Shown here: positions 39,341 through 41,772 of the stretch, piece by piece
How positions within the stretch are numbered: the stretch's first letter is position 1
How the letters are laid out: each line of letters opens with the position of its first letter
Assembly: GCA_947253735.1 (NCBI GenBank)
Contig: CAMYAU010000001.1
Location: forward strand, 1 to 41,772
Length of the DNA stretch: 41,772 bases
Origin: an uncultured Varibaculum sp.
GTDB lineage: Bacteria; Actinomycetota; Actinomycetes; Actinomycetales; Actinomycetaceae
Reading direction: 5' to 3'
Translations under genes and position numbers: made by a program
Notes under the pieces: model-generated
What the model saw: the letters and a program-made list of their open reading frames with translations, nothing else
What the model was told of the DNA's origin: nothing
Database searches by the model: none

Positions 39341-39449
39341 TGTCAGCCTCTTTCGCCTTTAAACCATCGTTAGATGCCTAATACTTTACTTATATGGTAA
39401 CAGCCGACCGTCGCCCCGGTTAGCCAAATACCGAAAGCAGACAGGTATT

Positions 39450-39755
39450 TTAGATAGTTATTTCCGATTCGGGCAGTTTTTCCACGTTAATGTCTTTAAA
39501 AGAGTAAACCTTGACTCGATTAACAAAACGGGAGGGACGGTAAATATCCCATACCCAGGCATCTTGCAAAGTTACTTCAAAGAACACATCCCCACCGTTA
39601 TTGTGCATTTGCACGTCTACCTGGTTCGCCAGGTAGAAACGGCGATCGGTTTCCACCACATATTTGAAGATAGAAACCACGTCACGGTACTCGCGAAACA
39701 GGGCAAGTTCCTGATGATTCTCATATGCCTCTAGATCTTCGATGCCCAATGTCAT
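39450..39755 (-). CDS. DUF2469 family protein
   Basis: EDLEAYE, LFREYRDVV, VETDRRFYLAN, DAWVWDIYRP; ATGA overlap with the rnhB stop. Confidence 0.92.
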   Translation of the reverse strand: MTLGIEDLEAYENHQELALFREYRDVVSIFKYVVETDRRFYLANQVDVQMHNNGGDVFFEVTLQDAWVWDIYRPSRFVNRVKVYSFKDINVEKLPESEITI

Positions 39756-40591
39756 CCCTTCTGACTGCTGAAAACTTTCGGAGGCTGCGCCTGTTTTTCG
39801 CGGCGGACCTGCCAGGCTTTCGCCAAGGCCGCAGAGGATACCCCCTGTAATTTCCAGCTGAGGCGATGACAAGAATCTAGCCCCATTTTCGCGATTGCCT
39901 GCAGATGCTGCGCGGACGCATATCCCTTATTTTTTGCCCAACCATACCCGGGATCGGATAGGTCACTCATTAGTCTATCTCGAGTAACTTTTGCTAATAC
40001 GGAGGCAGCAGCGATAACCACTGATTTTCCGTCTCCCTTAACCACGGTAGTGACTTCCCGGGCTATTTCCGTTTGCGCGGACGCACTAGGATCTGGTTTC
40101 GGCAAGCCTGAGCTAGCGGTCGCGAATAAATCCGTAGGGGCGGACAGATAGTCAAAACTGCCATCTAGGAGCAGTAGTCGCGGAGAAAAGCCCTTTTCTC
40201 CCAGTGCTTCTAAGGCGCGGAAGGCAGCGAGCCGCAGGGCGGGGGTTAACCCCTCTTTATCGATTTCTTCGGCACTGGCCATTCCGACTGCCCAGGCTGC
40301 TGGCCAGGCGGAAAGTTCGTCAAACATTTCTTCACGCCGCCGTGGAGTTAACTGTTTTGAGTCGGTTAAACCAGCTGGGGGTGGTCCCTCACTGCCATCT
40401 ATTACTGCTATTCCCACCGCCAGGGGGCCGGCAATCGCGCCGCGCCCAACCTCATCAATGCCTGCAACACATCGCAATCGGGAAAGGGATGTAGGTGAGG
40501 AAAGGGCTTGCTGAGCCGGCTCAGCCCCAAATATTTCTTGGGAACGCTGCAGGAGGGAAAGCTCTAGCTCTCGGCTAGGTACGGTTGCCAT
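39752..40591 (-). CDS. rnhB: Ribonuclease HII
   Basis: GIDEVGRG, DSKQL, LLDG, KGD, AASVLAKVTRD, NKGY. Confidence 0.96.
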   Translation of the reverse strand: MATVPSRELELSLLQRSQEIFGAEPAQQALSSPTSLSRLRCVAGIDEVGRGAIAGPLAVGIAVIDGSEGPPPAGLTDSKQLTPRRREEMFDELSAWPAAWAVGMASAEEIDKEGLTPALRLAAFRALEALGEKGFSPRLLLLDGSFDYLSAPTDLFATASSGLPKPDPSASAQTEIAREVTTVVKGDGKSVVIAAASVLAKVTRDRLMSDLSDPGYGWAKNKGYASAQHLQAIAKMGLDSCHRLSWKLQGVSSAALAKAWQVRREKQAQPPKVFSSQKG

Positions 40592-40592
40592 T

Positions 40593-41381
40593 TTAGGGAG
40601 CAGGGGGAACCGCCGCGAATGCGTCGGTGTTTTTAATTGTCGACAGGTGATTAAGAGGCCACATGATAGCGAATGCTCTCCCGGTAACCTGATCCAGCGA
40701 GACGAATCCCCGCGAAGGTTCTTTCATATGGAAACGCGAGTCTTCTGAATTGGAGCGGTTATCGCCCATCACCCAAAGTTTTCCGGCCGGAACGGTGACA
40801 TCGAATTTGATTAACGAGGGCGCGCTGCCAGGGTTAATGTAACCGGTTTCGTCTACGCTCACTCCGTTAACTTTCAATCTGCCGTTGGTGTCGCAGCATT
40901 GCACCCGATCTCCCGGCAGCCCCACAATCCGCTTAACCAGGTGGTTTTGGGAGTCATCGGGGCGCAGACCCACCCAAATCATTATCTTCCCAAATAGGGA
41001 AGGCCGGGGGGTGTCCGCATTGCGTTTAAGCCAGTTATCATCATCTTGGAAAACAATCACGTCCCCCCGGTTAAGTTGACGGTATTCGGGAACTAGTTTC
41101 GAAACAATGATGCGATCGTTGATTTGCAGGGTTTGTTCCATTGAAGAGGACGGAATCTGGAAGGCTTGCAGCAAAAAAGCTTTAATGATTGCCGAGATCG
41201 CCAGGGCTACCACCACCATCATTATGGTTTCGCGAATCATCAACCACCCTTTGGAGGGAGTTTTACGCACGCGTCGTCCGCTCCTTTTGGCTGGGCTATT
41301 TTCTGCCCTTCCCGCTAGGGGGCTTACGCCTCGAGTGTGTTCCATCGCTAAACTCCCGCCATCAACCAACATCTCCATCAT
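40593..41381 (-). CDS. lepB: Signal peptidase I (start uncertain)
   Basis: IPSSSME, RGDVIVF, VKRIVGLPGD, MGDNRSNSEDSR. Confidence 0.96.
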   Translation of the reverse strand: MMEMLVDGGSLAMEHTRGVSPLAGRAENSPAKRSGRRVRKTPSKGWLMIRETIMMVVVALAISAIIKAFLLQAFQIPSSSMEQTLQINDRIIVSKLVPEYRQLNRGDVIVFQDDDNWLKRNADTPRPSLFGKIMIWVGLRPDDSQNHLVKRIVGLPGDRVQCCDTNGRLKVNGVSVDETGYINPGSAPSLIKFDVTVPAGKLWVMGDNRSNSEDSRFHMKEPSRGFVSLDQVTGRAFAIMWPLNHLSTIKNTDAFAAVPPAP

Positions 41382-41393
41382 GTCACATATAGC

Positions 41394-41424
41394 TAATCGG
41401 CTCTGCCATTGGCAGAGCCGATTA
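41394..41424 (-). terminator. Hairpin after rplS (probable terminator or RNA-stability element)
   Basis: 15-bp perfect arms TAATCGGCTCTGCCA-t-TGGCAGAGCCGATTA 13 nt after the rplS stop; no strong U-tract. Confidence 0.7.
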
Positions 41425-41437
41425 ACAAATAACGCTA

Positions 41438-41772
41438 TTAGGAGTCGCGACGCTCTTTAATACGAGCCGCTTTACCATGACGTTCACGCAGGTAGTAGAG
41501 TTTAGCGCGACGTACATCACCGCGGGTTACTACCTCGAGAGATTCGATGGTCGGCGAGTTTACCGGGAAGGTACGTTCTACCCCGATGCCGAAGCTAACT
41601 TTACGCACGGTGAAAGTCGCATTCGCTTGTTTCTTTCCGTGACGGGCGATTACTACCCCTTGGAATACCTGAATACGAGTGTTCCCACCCTCGGTGACGC
41701 GCACGTTTACTTTTACGGTGTCCCCGGCGCGAAAATCAGGTAGATCCGAGCGCTGGCTCTTCTGGTTAATCT
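41438..41772 (-). CDS. rplS: 50S ribosomal protein L19 (5'-truncated by window edge)
   Basis: [36 protein letters not shown]; the frame continues to the window end. Confidence 0.97.
   Translation of the reverse strand, partial: INQKSQRSDLPDFRAGDTVKVNVRVTEGGNTRIQVFQGVVIARHGKKQANATFTVRKVSFGIGVERTFPVNSPTIESLEVVTRGDVRRAKLYYLRERHGKAARIKERRDS

Overview
Core-chromosome window from an actinobacterium. Gene content and order and the roughly balanced GC suggest Actinomycetaceae (Varibaculum/Mobiluncus-like), which is an inference. In order: cydA(partial)-cydB-cydD-cydC plus a DosS/DosT-like GAF kinase; ldh, dinG-family helicase, hflX; tRNA-Val(TAC) and a small membrane ORF; DUF3052, aceE, DUF4298, an ACP-like ORF, DUF3145; then a long minus-strand housekeeping block (def, proS, ispG, rip1, dxr, DivIVA-domain, rlmN, cdsA, frr, pyrH, tsf, rpsB, xerC, dprA, yifB, yraN, ahpF, ahpC, DUF2469, rnhB, lepB, rplS partial) with an M23 peptidase on +. 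No transposase, phage gene or CRISPR array is visible. The most striking unexplained signal is a 63-nt intergenic element present three times (2596-2658, 19284-19346, 21927-21989; 59-61/63 identical). It folds into a nested hairpin capped by GC-GNA-GC, and each copy is enclosed by a different but self-complementary pair of arms; an apparent empty-site twin lies next to copy 1. Other points of interest are a repeat/hairpin array behind the tRNA, an ACP-like protein with Asp at the phosphopantetheine Ser position, a probable AUA start for hflX, and ahpCF inserted into a conserved operon.
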